DNA from: a virus
Taxonomy: Duplodnaviria; Caudoviricetes
Strand: one strand, 5' to 3'
Length of the DNA stretch: 64,000 bases
IMG/VR virus record: IMGVR_UViG_3300033067_002020
Location: 11,311 to 75,310 of that record
Both the position numbers and the translations under genes were made by a program. Each line of letters starts with the position of its first letter. Positions within the stretch are counted from its first letter, which is position 1. Positions 55,994 through 64,000 of this stretch are shown in pieces. The notes under the pieces were generated by a model, which was given only the letters and a program-made list of their open reading frames with translations, was not told the origin of the DNA and made no database searches.

Positions 55994-56968
55994 TCAAATA
56001 TTCATCGTTTTGCCACCACCAGAACCAAATGCAGTCCACAGTGATTTAAACATCGAACCAATTGTTCTTGGTGTTTTTGAAACATTCAACAAAAATTCAA
56101 CGTCAACATCTGCCACGACAAATTGATTGAATCTCTCAAAATATGCCCTTAGTTGATCTACTGATTTTCTCATTAAAACTTCTATGATTTCTTCAATAGA
56201 AACAAATTTTTGAAATCCCGGTGTCTTTGTCGCCAACGTTTGTGTAACGATTCGTTGAAACTGACCAAACAATCCGTTACCTTTTTTAGAAAGATTTTTT
56301 GTGATATGACCCTTCAAAGAATCATTTGAAAAATCATACTTGACTAACGCTGAACGAAGATTGATACTGGAAAGTTCATCTCTGTCAAGAGAGCTAAGAA
56401 TTGCCTCCATTTCACTTCTATCTTCACCAGTAAATAAGTCTGCAAGTGCCATGCAACCCCTAAAAATAATTGCAAAATCCGCAAAAACTTTCATGAATTG
56501 ATCTCTTGATTTTGAAACTTCTGGACTCATTTTCAATCCAGTTTTCTGAACATCAACACCAGCTTCAACGTTTTTAATGTCTTCGTACAGATCGTTTAAA
56601 AGTTCAATTCCTTGAGTTCGTAATGTTTCTACTTTTGACGCAAGAGACGAACCAACAAACCATTTTACAATGATATTTGCTGCACGAACCATTGAGCGAA
56701 AGTTTTTTTGAACTTCATAAAAGTTTTTATCAGAAACACCTTCAATGACAAGCAATCTCTCTAATTTTTGAGCTTCACGCAAAATCTGAGAATTAATTTT
56801 TGCAGAATCACTCTCTGTCAATTTTCCTTCTGACATTAGAAACAACAAAGTCGATAATTTTTGTGTCGATTTTTGTCGATTTTCACAAATTTTATCAGCA
56901 TCTGTAGAAGAGATAAATTTGATTTTTTTACACAAGTCTTCATTGATAAGGGGAAATGTTTTATGCAT
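55994..56968 (-). CDS. hypothetical helical protein, possibly virion-associated
   Basis: No sugar-enzyme motif; ILREAQKLERLLVIEG; TAATTA upstream. Confidence 0.6.
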   Translation of the reverse strand: MHKTFPLINEDLCKKIKFISSTDADKICENRQKSTQKLSTLLFLMSEGKLTESDSAKINSQILREAQKLERLLVIEGVSDKNFYEVQKNFRSMVRAANIIVKWFVGSSLASKVETLRTQGIELLNDLYEDIKNVEAGVDVQKTGLKMSPEVSKSRDQFMKVFADFAIIFRGCMALADLFTGEDRSEMEAILSSLDRDELSSINLRSALVKYDFSNDSLKGHITKNLSKKGNGLFGQFQRIVTQTLATKTPGFQKFVSIEEIIEVLMRKSVDQLRAYFERFNQFVVADVDVEFLLNVSKTPRTIGSMFKSLWTAFGSGGGKTMNI

Positions 56969-56991
56969 CGTAGATAACAGTAATTAGTTTC

Positions 56992-57915
56992 TCAAGAAAC
57001 GACTTGTTTAAAAATGTCAATATATTGTTGCGCCACACTTTTAATATCTAGTTTTGATGCATCAACTTTAATATTAGGCAAACTGTTCACTTGTAAGACG
57101 TCAATATTGGGTGGATTATCGTAATCAAACAATTCATAATTGTATTGTTGCTTCTCTTTTAGCACTAAACCGTTACTTTCAACAAGTTCTTTTGTACCAC
57201 CAGATTCAGAACAAATTACAGGACACCCTTGTGATAACGCTTCACATACTACATTGGGAGAGTGATCTAAATATGCTAAATGCAACATCCAATCTGAAAT
57301 TGAGTATATTTCAAGACACGTTTCATGAGGAACAGAACCTGTATAGTAGATGTTCATATCAGAAACAATTTTATCAGGACCGTTTCCCATGACAATTAAA
57401 CATGAAAATGGTTCGATTGTGCTACGAATATGCTCAAATAATTCAATATTATTGTTAAGACGTTTTTGAGGGTGCCAATTTGCAGAACATACAAATACTT
57501 TTTTATACCTATCATGAATGTGCAGTAATGCTTCACTTTTTGTTTTGACTTTTTGTAATTTTATTCCATTACGAACAACATGACCAGATCTGTGATTTCC
57601 CCACCAATTTTGAATCATGTTTTTATCAAAATCAGACTGGAAAACGACAGAAGAAGCGTTATAATATGTCGATTGAATATTTACGTTGCGAGTAGCAAAC
57701 TCTTGTGGTTTAAACCAAATTCCATCAAGACGCTGAACAAATGGCTTTTTAGTATTAAGACGCTGCGTCTTTTCAATAAAAACTAAAGCAACATCATAAT
57801 CATCACAATCTGCAATCACATGACCTTGCAATGACAATTCTTGTGCAAGTCTTGTCGCAAATGTATGCGGTCCAGAACTACTGTCAAAGTTTACGTTATC
57901 AAAATAAATTTTCAT
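56992..57915 (-). CDS. glycosyltransferase, GT-B (GT4-like)
   Basis: SGP; HPQKRL; DHSPNVVCEALSQGCPVI. Confidence 0.85.
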   Translation of the reverse strand: MKIYFDNVNFDSSSGPHTFATRLAQELSLQGHVIADCDDYDVALVFIEKTQRLNTKKPFVQRLDGIWFKPQEFATRNVNIQSTYYNASSVVFQSDFDKNMIQNWWGNHRSGHVVRNGIKLQKVKTKSEALLHIHDRYKKVFVCSANWHPQKRLNNNIELFEHIRSTIEPFSCLIVMGNGPDKIVSDMNIYYTGSVPHETCLEIYSISDWMLHLAYLDHSPNVVCEALSQGCPVICSESGGTKELVESNGLVLKEKQQYNYELFDYDNPPNIDVLQVNSLPNIKVDASKLDIKSVAQQYIDIFKQVVS

Positions 57916-57916
57916 C

Positions 57917-58222
57917 TTATTCGACCGGAATTATCTCTATTATTGCATTTATCAGTTTACATGCGCCCAATGACACTTGCAATGGTACTTCATCATGAAA
58001 GATAGTTCTAACGTTAGGCGTGTAATTTGTTGATTCAACAAGACAAGGCAAATATCCCGCTTCTGATAACGACATTGCGACAACAATTGCATGTTTTTTA
58101 AACTTTAACGCATACTCAATTTTTACGTATTGTTTTTCAATGTTGTCGCGTACAATTTTGCTAGTTTTATCATCGATAATAAGAGGTTGTCGTATCAATA
58201 CGACAGAATCTGTATTTTTCAC
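57917..58222 (-). CDS. hypothetical protein
   Basis: Coupled ORF. Confidence 0.55.
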   Translation of the reverse strand: MKNTDSVVLIRQPLIIDDKTSKIVRDNIEKQYVKIEYALKFKKHAIVVAMSLSEAGYLPCLVESTNYTPNVRTIFHDEVPLQVSLGACKLINAIIEIIPVE

Positions 58223-58626
58223 GGAGCCCTACGACGTAATTCTCCTGCAATTATGTGAGCAAAATCAGCATCGCTAAACAATGATCCAATCGTCCTCAAT
58301 TCATCAATAGGCAAATCAGAAACACTGATTGAATCATAAATCTTCGGCGCACTAATTGCATTTTGTGAATCACTTGTAAAAATAAGCTCTGGCTTTCCAA
58401 TTTTAATGCTTGAATACAATTGTTGTGAAATCCATTCTTTTGTTTTTGATGTGAAATTTAGCTTTGATTTACCAAACGTTTCATCAACTGTCTGTCTAAC
58501 ATAGACGTAAATTTCACCCAAAAGTTGTTTGGTCATTGATTCACCAACATATTTTTGTAATCCACGATTGATGTAATGCGTCAAAACGTCAGCAAATCGT
58601 GTGTTAGCTCTGTAATTTTCTTCCAT
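58219..58626 (-). CDS. hypothetical protein
   Basis: Coupled ORF. Confidence 0.6.
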   Translation of the reverse strand: MEENYRANTRFADVLTHYINRGLQKYVGESMTKQLLGEIYVYVRQTVDETFGKSKLNFTSKTKEWISQQLYSSIKIGKPELIFTSDSQNAISAPKIYDSISVSDLPIDELRTIGSLFSDADFAHIIAGELRRRAP

Positions 58627-58627
58627 G

Positions 58628-59524
58628 TTAAACCCTTTCTATGATTGTTTTTACATATGATTCAATACAAGTTCGCCAATCTGTTGGCACAAACGACGTA
58701 TTTTGTGTGTAGTTTTTTGACAACAAAATCTTCTCTAATTCGGTAATGTCATCATATGAATGATCTTTACCTGTAAACTCAACAGCACCACCACCAGCAA
58801 TCCACGAATACGTTGGTAAACCACAAGACAACGCTTCAATTACGTGATTCGGTCCCGGATCTGCATATGTTGCTGTAACATACACATCATGCTTTGTTAG
58901 TTCGTCACCAAGTTCTTTTCCGTGTAATGGTTGAACGTGTACTGAATTTTTAAATTGATACTTTGATCTTCCAATAAACGTGTATGTGAAATCTTGATTG
59001 TTAGCGACAAACTGATCAAGCCATGCATGTGCATCTTGACCTTTTTTCTCGTTATCACTCCAATGATGTGTCACAATGCTAATTTTTTTGTTTGTTCTGG
59101 TTGTTGGACAAAACACATCTTTATCAACACCATTGTAAATCACAGAATTACTAGAGCAATTCCAAACTTTTGATTGGTGATATCCTAAAGTCCAATTGGA
59201 AACAAAAAACGCATGTGTAAGATGAGAACTACACATTTGTAACAAAGGATCGATATCAGTCGTACCTTTTCTTGCGTCACATTCATTGATTCGTTGAAAG
59301 ATTTTAATCTTCGGCATTAAGTGTCGATATGCTAAGATTTCGTTAATTGACAGTCGCAATTCATCATATCGTGGATCGACAATTAAAACAGCATCAGGTC
59401 TTGTTGAAAAACTAGTAACTGGGGTGACACCAAACTCTGGTGCATATTTAAAAAATGCTTGTACCCATGCGTTCCCGCCACCCCATGGGCCATTTACTGG
59501 TCGACGATTGACAAGTATTTTCAT
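58628..59524 (-). CDS. glycosyltransferase, GT-B (GT4-like)
   Basis: GPWGGG; KKG; DPGPNHVIEALSCGLP. Confidence 0.85.
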   Translation of the reverse strand: MKILVNRRPVNGPWGGGNAWVQAFFKYAPEFGVTPVTSFSTRPDAVLIVDPRYDELRLSINEILAYRHLMPKIKIFQRINECDARKGTTDIDPLLQMCSSHLTHAFFVSNWTLGYHQSKVWNCSSNSVIYNGVDKDVFCPTTRTNKKISIVTHHWSDNEKKGQDAHAWLDQFVANNQDFTYTFIGRSKYQFKNSVHVQPLHGKELGDELTKHDVYVTATYADPGPNHVIEALSCGLPTYSWIAGGGAVEFTGKDHSYDDITELEKILLSKNYTQNTSFVPTDWRTCIESYVKTIIERV

Positions 59525-59754
59525 GATTCGATACCAATATGATCATTGATCAAATCTTCAATACGCATTGAAACAATGTCTTGACACAAATTTAACATCG
59601 CCAAAAGTGCTAATTCAAATTCATCTGTTGTTTTTGATAACAGACGACGATGTTTACGAATGTATTTTGAAACTCTAACGATGTCATCATCAGGAACCGA
59701 CAATCGTCTAACTTTATCAATACAATCAAACACTTCTTTTAAATTGTCAATCAT
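59521..59754 (-). CDS. hypothetical protein
   Basis: ATGA-coupled ORF. Confidence 0.55.
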   Translation of the reverse strand: MIDNLKEVFDCIDKVRRLSVPDDDIVRVSKYIRKHRRLLSKTTDEFELALLAMLNLCQDIVSMRIEDLINDHIGIES

Positions 59755-59784
59755 TGTTAAATCTTAATCTATACGCAGTTAGTT

Positions 59785-60519
59785 TTATCTTACAAATCCT
59801 CTACTACGAAGAAATTGTGCTTCTAACGCTTGAAATTTAGCATCACGACTTTGAAAAGTTTCAGGTTTTTGTGAACAACGATAGGCATAAAAAGGCAATG
59901 GAACGTACGTATATTCTCTAGCTTTTTTAAGCGCTGGCAGCATAAAAACCTGATCACCAATACGTTGAAAGTAATTCCCATATTGATTACGGTAATTCTC
60001 GTCTTTCACGTCATTTAATAATGATTTTCTAAATGACTTTAAATGCGAAGAAACCCACTGATGTTCATAAGGATCAACGCCTTTTTGTAACGGACCAGAA
60101 ATATTTCTAAACGTTAATTCGTCATCATAAAACCATCGATGAGCGCTCCAAACAACGTCTAATTGCGTATTTGATTCATAAATTTGATTCAATATCTCTA
60201 ATGCTTGATTATCAATCAAAAAATCATCAAGATCAAGACGTAAAACAACATCATTGTCTGAACAATGTGACAATCCAATTAACGTGTTTTCAACTTCCCA
60301 TTTCTTACAATGATTTTTAATCAACGTCAATTTGTCTTTGTTGCCACTAAGTTCAAACAAACTTTGAACACATTCACTTGTTTGATCATCTGAACAATCG
60401 TCGATAACGATCATTTTCCAATCATGATAAGATTGTGCAAAAACAGAAAACAAAGACTGTTTTAATGTTTTTGAAGAATTATACGTTGGGACAACAAAGA
60501 CAAATTGAGTCTGTTTCAT
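59785..60519 (-). CDS. glycosyltransferase family 2
   Basis: VVPTYN, IDDCSDD, RLDLDD. Confidence 0.9.
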   Translation of the reverse strand: MKQTQFVFVVPTYNSSKTLKQSLFSVFAQSYHDWKMIVIDDCSDDQTSECVQSLFELSGNKDKLTLIKNHCKKWEVENTLIGLSHCSDNDVVLRLDLDDFLIDNQALEILNQIYESNTQLDVVWSAHRWFYDDELTFRNISGPLQKGVDPYEHQWVSSHLKSFRKSLLNDVKDENYRNQYGNYFQRIGDQVFMLPALKKAREYTYVPLPFYAYRCSQKPETFQSRDAKFQALEAQFLRSRGFVR

Positions 60520-60520
60520 G

Positions 60521-61258
60521 TTACCACCGATCAGAAATCTTTTCTGTACGTGTCAATAGGACTTGACCATAGTCAATCTTATCGTCAGTCATACCGCGGT
60601 CGTCATTAAACATTCGTCGATCAAGAATAATAAGTTGTTTTTGAACTCCAGGAACTTCAATCTTGTCAATGACTTGAGAACACTCAATGTCAGCTTCTTT
60701 TTTTGTTGGCAGATGATAATCATCAAAGAGACAAAAGACGTCCCATTTGTCTTTGAGAAGATCCCAATCTGATTGGGTGGCTTCTGCACGGTGATCACCA
60801 TCAATATAAACAAAGTCAAATTTATGTTCTGAAGGAATCTTTGGTAACAAGTCTTGTGATGTTCCTTTTGCAAATTGAATACGTTCAATCCATTCTCTTG
60901 GAAAGACTTGAGAAATTAACTTTGCATTGTTTTCATCAAACTGAGGATCAATTGTAATAACATGACCTTGTGCACCAATTTCACACAATGCTTTTGCGGC
61001 ACAAATGGCTGAATAACCACGACCGTATCCAATTTCGATGTATGATTGAATCTTATAACGACGAATTAACTCATGAATCAAGATTCCACGTTCATAAGCA
61101 GGCCTAAAAAAAGCACCGTGTGACTTCCACTGTGGTGACTTCTGATCTCTCATTTTCTTTGCTGTGTATTCACCAATGTAATCAAAGTCACCAAGATTAA
61201 TCAGAGACACGTCAATATCATGAGAGATCAGAAAATCATCAATCCTAATTTTTTCCAT
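60521..61258 (-). CDS. class I SAM-dependent methyltransferase (Methyltransf_24-like, probably sugar O-methylation)
   Basis: IEIGYGRGYS, TIDP, YIDGDH, FDDY. Confidence 0.85.
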   Translation of the reverse strand: MEKIRIDDFLISHDIDVSLINLGDFDYIGEYTAKKMRDQKSPQWKSHGAFFRPAYERGILIHELIRRYKIQSYIEIGYGRGYSAICAAKALCEIGAQGHVITIDPQFDENNAKLISQVFPREWIERIQFAKGTSQDLLPKIPSEHKFDFVYIDGDHRAEATQSDWDLLKDKWDVFCLFDDYHLPTKKEADIECSQVIDKIEVPGVQKQLIILDRRMFNDDRGMTDDKIDYGQVLLTRTEKISDRW

Positions 61259-61297
61259 GCCTTAAACAAACAACTTTACAACAAAATGTATCAATTT

Positions 61298-61795
61298 TTA
61301 TTCATCTTTTGAAGAAGCGACTGACATTATTGGAGTCACTTTGATCAATTCATCAACTAATTTTGGGTAGTTTACTCTACGTTTACTACAAAGCATCAGA
61401 TGAGCTAAAAGAATATTTCCATCAGCCTCTAATAACGCTTGTCGCCATTCCGCATCATGTTTTGCTTCTTTATTTTCGTGTATAGCCCAAGCTTCCTCTG
61501 ACCACAATTCACGTTTTGGTGTTTGAACATTATATTTAACACGAATATCTGATAATTCCATCTCTTTAGGCTCGATGGCGACGACCTTACCTCCGGAGAT
61601 AACAACCCAATCGTCTTCACCGTGATTTGAGTAAGAGTCATAAACATTATCAAGTAAATAACCTTGCCCTGGCCAATCTGGGTCCACGTAGGAACCCACA
61701 TCGTCACCTACTTTGTAAATCTGACACTCATCCATTCCACATTTAATCTGTAGTTCACGACCATCAGGATGAATTATTGACGTATACATTCCCAT
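61298..61795 (-). CDS. hypothetical protein
   Basis: MGMYTSI start after GAGGA RBS. Confidence 0.7.
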   Translation of the reverse strand: MGMYTSIIHPDGRELQIKCGMDECQIYKVGDDVGSYVDPDWPGQGYLLDNVYDSYSNHGEDDWVVISGGKVVAIEPKEMELSDIRVKYNVQTPKRELWSEEAWAIHENKEAKHDAEWRQALLEADGNILLAHLMLCSKRRVNYPKLVDELIKVTPIMSVASSKDE

Positions 61796-61913
61796 TTAAT
61801 CCTCTTTCAAACTTTGACACAGAGTGCGATGACAGTGACTAACACATTTATCTGATAAAGCCAGTGCCAAAAACATGAAAATTTATCTTGCAGTGACCGA
61901 GCAGGTATAGTGC

Positions 61914-63812
61914 TTATCGTGACATGATTTGTGGAGGTGACTTGTTTATTGACACCCACGGTGTGATTCTTCCGTCCCATTTATGATGCCAGATCCAACC
62001 TCCCATTGAAGCAAACTCTTTAGCACGAGCTTCAATCATTTCTTCAGTGACTTCGCTCCATGGTTTATCAAACATCATATTTGATTTTGCGCTATCAACG
62101 TATTTCTCACCACTAATGTCAACCCAATGTTTAGTCCAGTAATCACGATAAGTTTTAATCTTACGAACAATATCAAACCAACTATAATGAAATACACCAG
62201 GAATTTTATCAGCTACTTCGTTCAACCAATTTTCGTATATTTGTAATGATTTTTTGTCGCCATGAAGTGCTGAAATTCTTACATTTTCAACATCTCTAGT
62301 CATGAAATTAACAAATGGGACAGGTTGAAATGACACAGAATAAATCAGGTCACACCCATCTGAACCTGGTGCAGAAAATAACAACCCATTACTATCAAAT
62401 TTTCTAAGGGCGACTGGGATGCCATGGGTGATATGTGGAAGGTTGCGGCTCAAACGCCATTTCCAAGGATTGACATCAACTCTTACTTTGTCGTATCCTC
62501 CCCAATATTCAATCACTGGAAGGGCGACTGATTCGACGTTTTTTGGAAGTTCTTTGACAAGTGTTTTAATCTTGACATAATCGTCTTCGTGAACAATTTC
62601 ATCACTATCTTGTTGCCAACAAAAGTCACCTGTACAGTGTCGTCTAGCTTCTGCTTTTTGTTGACCATCTGCGACAGAAAACCTGACTTTTTCAAAGTCA
62701 ATTGGATTGATGTATATTTTCAAAGAATCAAATTCATTTTGCAATTCTTGCAATTTTTGAACTGTGTCATCAGTTGAATCTCCGTCAACAACAACAACTT
62801 CGTCACAAAAAGCAAGCAATGAACGAATTGATTGGATAAACGGGTATTCTTGCTTGACACAATTATACGTCGTCATATATCCAGAAATCGTAAACTGTTT
62901 CTTTGCTAGTCTTGAAATTTCATTCCAGAAAACACTAGGTCTAGACTTGAGATACTCTCTAATAGATTTAATATCGTCATTATGAAACCATGACTCATTT
63001 GAGTGTTGGACGTGTTCATTCAAGATGAGTTGACAACCTAACAATTTTGCTTCAATCACCATTCTAGGACAAGTGTCAGCACCGTTTGGAAGATAGACAA
63101 ACCCTTGTGAAGAAGCCAATTTTTCAAGCAACTGGAAATATGGAACATTCCATACGACTTCATACTCTTTGTTGTTTTGTTTGCACCAGTCTTCAGCTAG
63201 ATTAAATCCCTTAACCCACGACTGAGATCCCAGAACGATCCATTTGTTTGTCTTGTTACTTTGATTTAGTGAAGAAATTTTCTCTAGTGTTAGATCGTCA
63301 AAGACAGAAGATAGAACGATGTTTTTTCTTGTGCTAAGTTCTGGAATTGACTTGAAGTGTTGATTCATTTGATCAGATGACATCCAGAACCTGGTGTCAG
63401 CTGCATATAAGAACGATGCAATCAACATTCCAAAATTGGATTTATTGCAATCACACTTAACATGCTCTACATCGTAGTGTTTTTCTTGAGATCGATACTT
63501 GCAAAACTTATAATCATACTCAACGACTGAGTAATTCAAGTATGTAATTATGTCTGGAATCAGTTGGAAATCTATGTTTGAAACATTCCCAAATATCCAG
63601 TACTTGTCAGCATTCTCTTTCACAAGAGAATGCGTTACATCTTTGGAATGTAATTTAAATACCTTCAAAGGAGAATTGGAAATCAGAGCTTGAGATGTTA
63701 ACTCAGCACCTCCCGTATAATCTTCGACAAACAAATCTGACACAAATATTACTTCAGTGCCTTTTGGCACTGAAATTGTGGAATAACTAAACAAAGATTG
63801 AGTATTAAACAT
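61914..63812 (-). CDS. bifunctional glycosyltransferase (N-terminal GT-B-like + C-terminal GT2)
   Basis: DTCPRMVIEAKLLGC; VVVVDGDSTD, QQDSDE. ATG at 63812 preferred over GTG at 63821. Confidence 0.85.
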   Translation of the reverse strand: MFNTQSLFSYSTISVPKGTEVIFVSDLFVEDYTGGAELTSQALISNSPLKVFKLHSKDVTHSLVKENADKYWIFGNVSNIDFQLIPDIITYLNYSVVEYDYKFCKYRSQEKHYDVEHVKCDCNKSNFGMLIASFLYAADTRFWMSSDQMNQHFKSIPELSTRKNIVLSSVFDDLTLEKISSLNQSNKTNKWIVLGSQSWVKGFNLAEDWCKQNNKEYEVVWNVPYFQLLEKLASSQGFVYLPNGADTCPRMVIEAKLLGCQLILNEHVQHSNESWFHNDDIKSIREYLKSRPSVFWNEISRLAKKQFTISGYMTTYNCVKQEYPFIQSIRSLLAFCDEVVVVDGDSTDDTVQKLQELQNEFDSLKIYINPIDFEKVRFSVADGQQKAEARRHCTGDFCWQQDSDEIVHEDDYVKIKTLVKELPKNVESVALPVIEYWGGYDKVRVDVNPWKWRLSRNLPHITHGIPVALRKFDSNGLLFSAPGSDGCDLIYSVSFQPVPFVNFMTRDVENVRISALHGDKKSLQIYENWLNEVADKIPGVFHYSWFDIVRKIKTYRDYWTKHWVDISGEKYVDSAKSNMMFDKPWSEVTEEMIEARAKEFASMGGWIWHHKWDGRITPWVSINKSPPQIMSR

Positions 63813-63870
63813 ACAAATCACCTAAGACTATCTTACATAGAACTAGTCTGATGTTTAACGTTTGTATCAT

Positions 63871-63907
63871 GTTAAATTAAGACGAGGGAACCGAGTCTTA
63901 ATTTAAC
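63871..63907. repeat. perfect 13-bp inverted repeat
   Basis: GTTAAATTAAGAC (63871-63883), 11 nt loop, GTCTTAATTTAAC (63895-63907). Confidence 0.85.
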
Positions 63908-63914
63908 TGGATAT

Positions 63915-64000
63915 TCTAGTCTGATCTAGTCTGATCTAGTCTGATCTAGTCTGATCTAGTCTGATCTAGTCTGATCTAGTCTGATCTAGTCTGATCTAGT
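63915..64000. repeat. perfect 10-bp tandem repeat (CTGATCTAGT)n, truncated by the window edge
   Basis: Eight full units at 63921-64000 plus partial TCTAGT at 63915-63920; an isolated rotated unit CTAGTCTGAT at 63843-63852. Confidence 0.95.

Noticed and set aside
33793-63821. Bacterial chromosomal LPS/capsule locus or eukaryotic giant virus
   Set aside because: Contiguous and co-oriented with phage baseplate and sigma genes, interspersed with phage-type small ORFs and homing nucleases; no flippase/polymerase/ABC exporter; bacterial RBSs present.
63915-64000. CRISPR array
   Set aside because: Contiguous identical 10-mers with no spacers; the Cas4-like gene is solitary and 22 kb away.
1-64000. 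tRNA, rRNA or structured ncRNA genes
   Set aside because: No T-loop/acceptor-stem pattern was found in the few intergenic gaps by eye; tRNAscan-SE/Infernal would be needed to exclude them fully.

Overview
A 64 kb segment of a large, AT-rich, contractile-tailed (T4-like/jumbo myovirus-type) bacteriophage genome, read with the standard code. It has three blocks. (1) 1-12.4 kb, mostly + strand: accessory genes. These include about 13 small paralogous SH3/KOW-like proteins, Rnl2- and Rnl1-type RNA ligases, an ATP-dependent DNA ligase, peptidyl-tRNA hydrolase, an SGNH lipoprotein, a lysozyme/SLT-like protein and two tandem protease-inhibitor-like genes (one with an in-frame TAA). A protein kinase and an inverted PRTase share a virion-type N-terminal leader. 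(2) 12.5-33.8 kb, - strand: virion genes (repeat-built 1366 aa fibre, LamG proteins, gp6/J-like, gp25-like and gp5-like baseplate proteins) and a phage sigma factor. (3) 33.8-63.8 kb, - strand: a ~30 kb glycosylation island with about 10-12 glycosyltransferase-like genes, one carrying a LAGLIDADG intein. It also holds a carbamoyltransferase, a PseB/PseC/PseH-like trio, a SAM methyltransferase and an EamA half-transporter. The best candidate for an undescribed system is a form IV RuBisCO-like protein coupled to a cupin and a sugar-phosphate nucleotidyltransferase, with a HAD-nucleotidyltransferase fusion and a GDPD-like protein nearby, suggesting a new nucleotide-sugar pathway. The window ends in a 13-bp hairpin and a perfect 10-bp tandem array. 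All family calls come from motifs read by eye; no searches were run.
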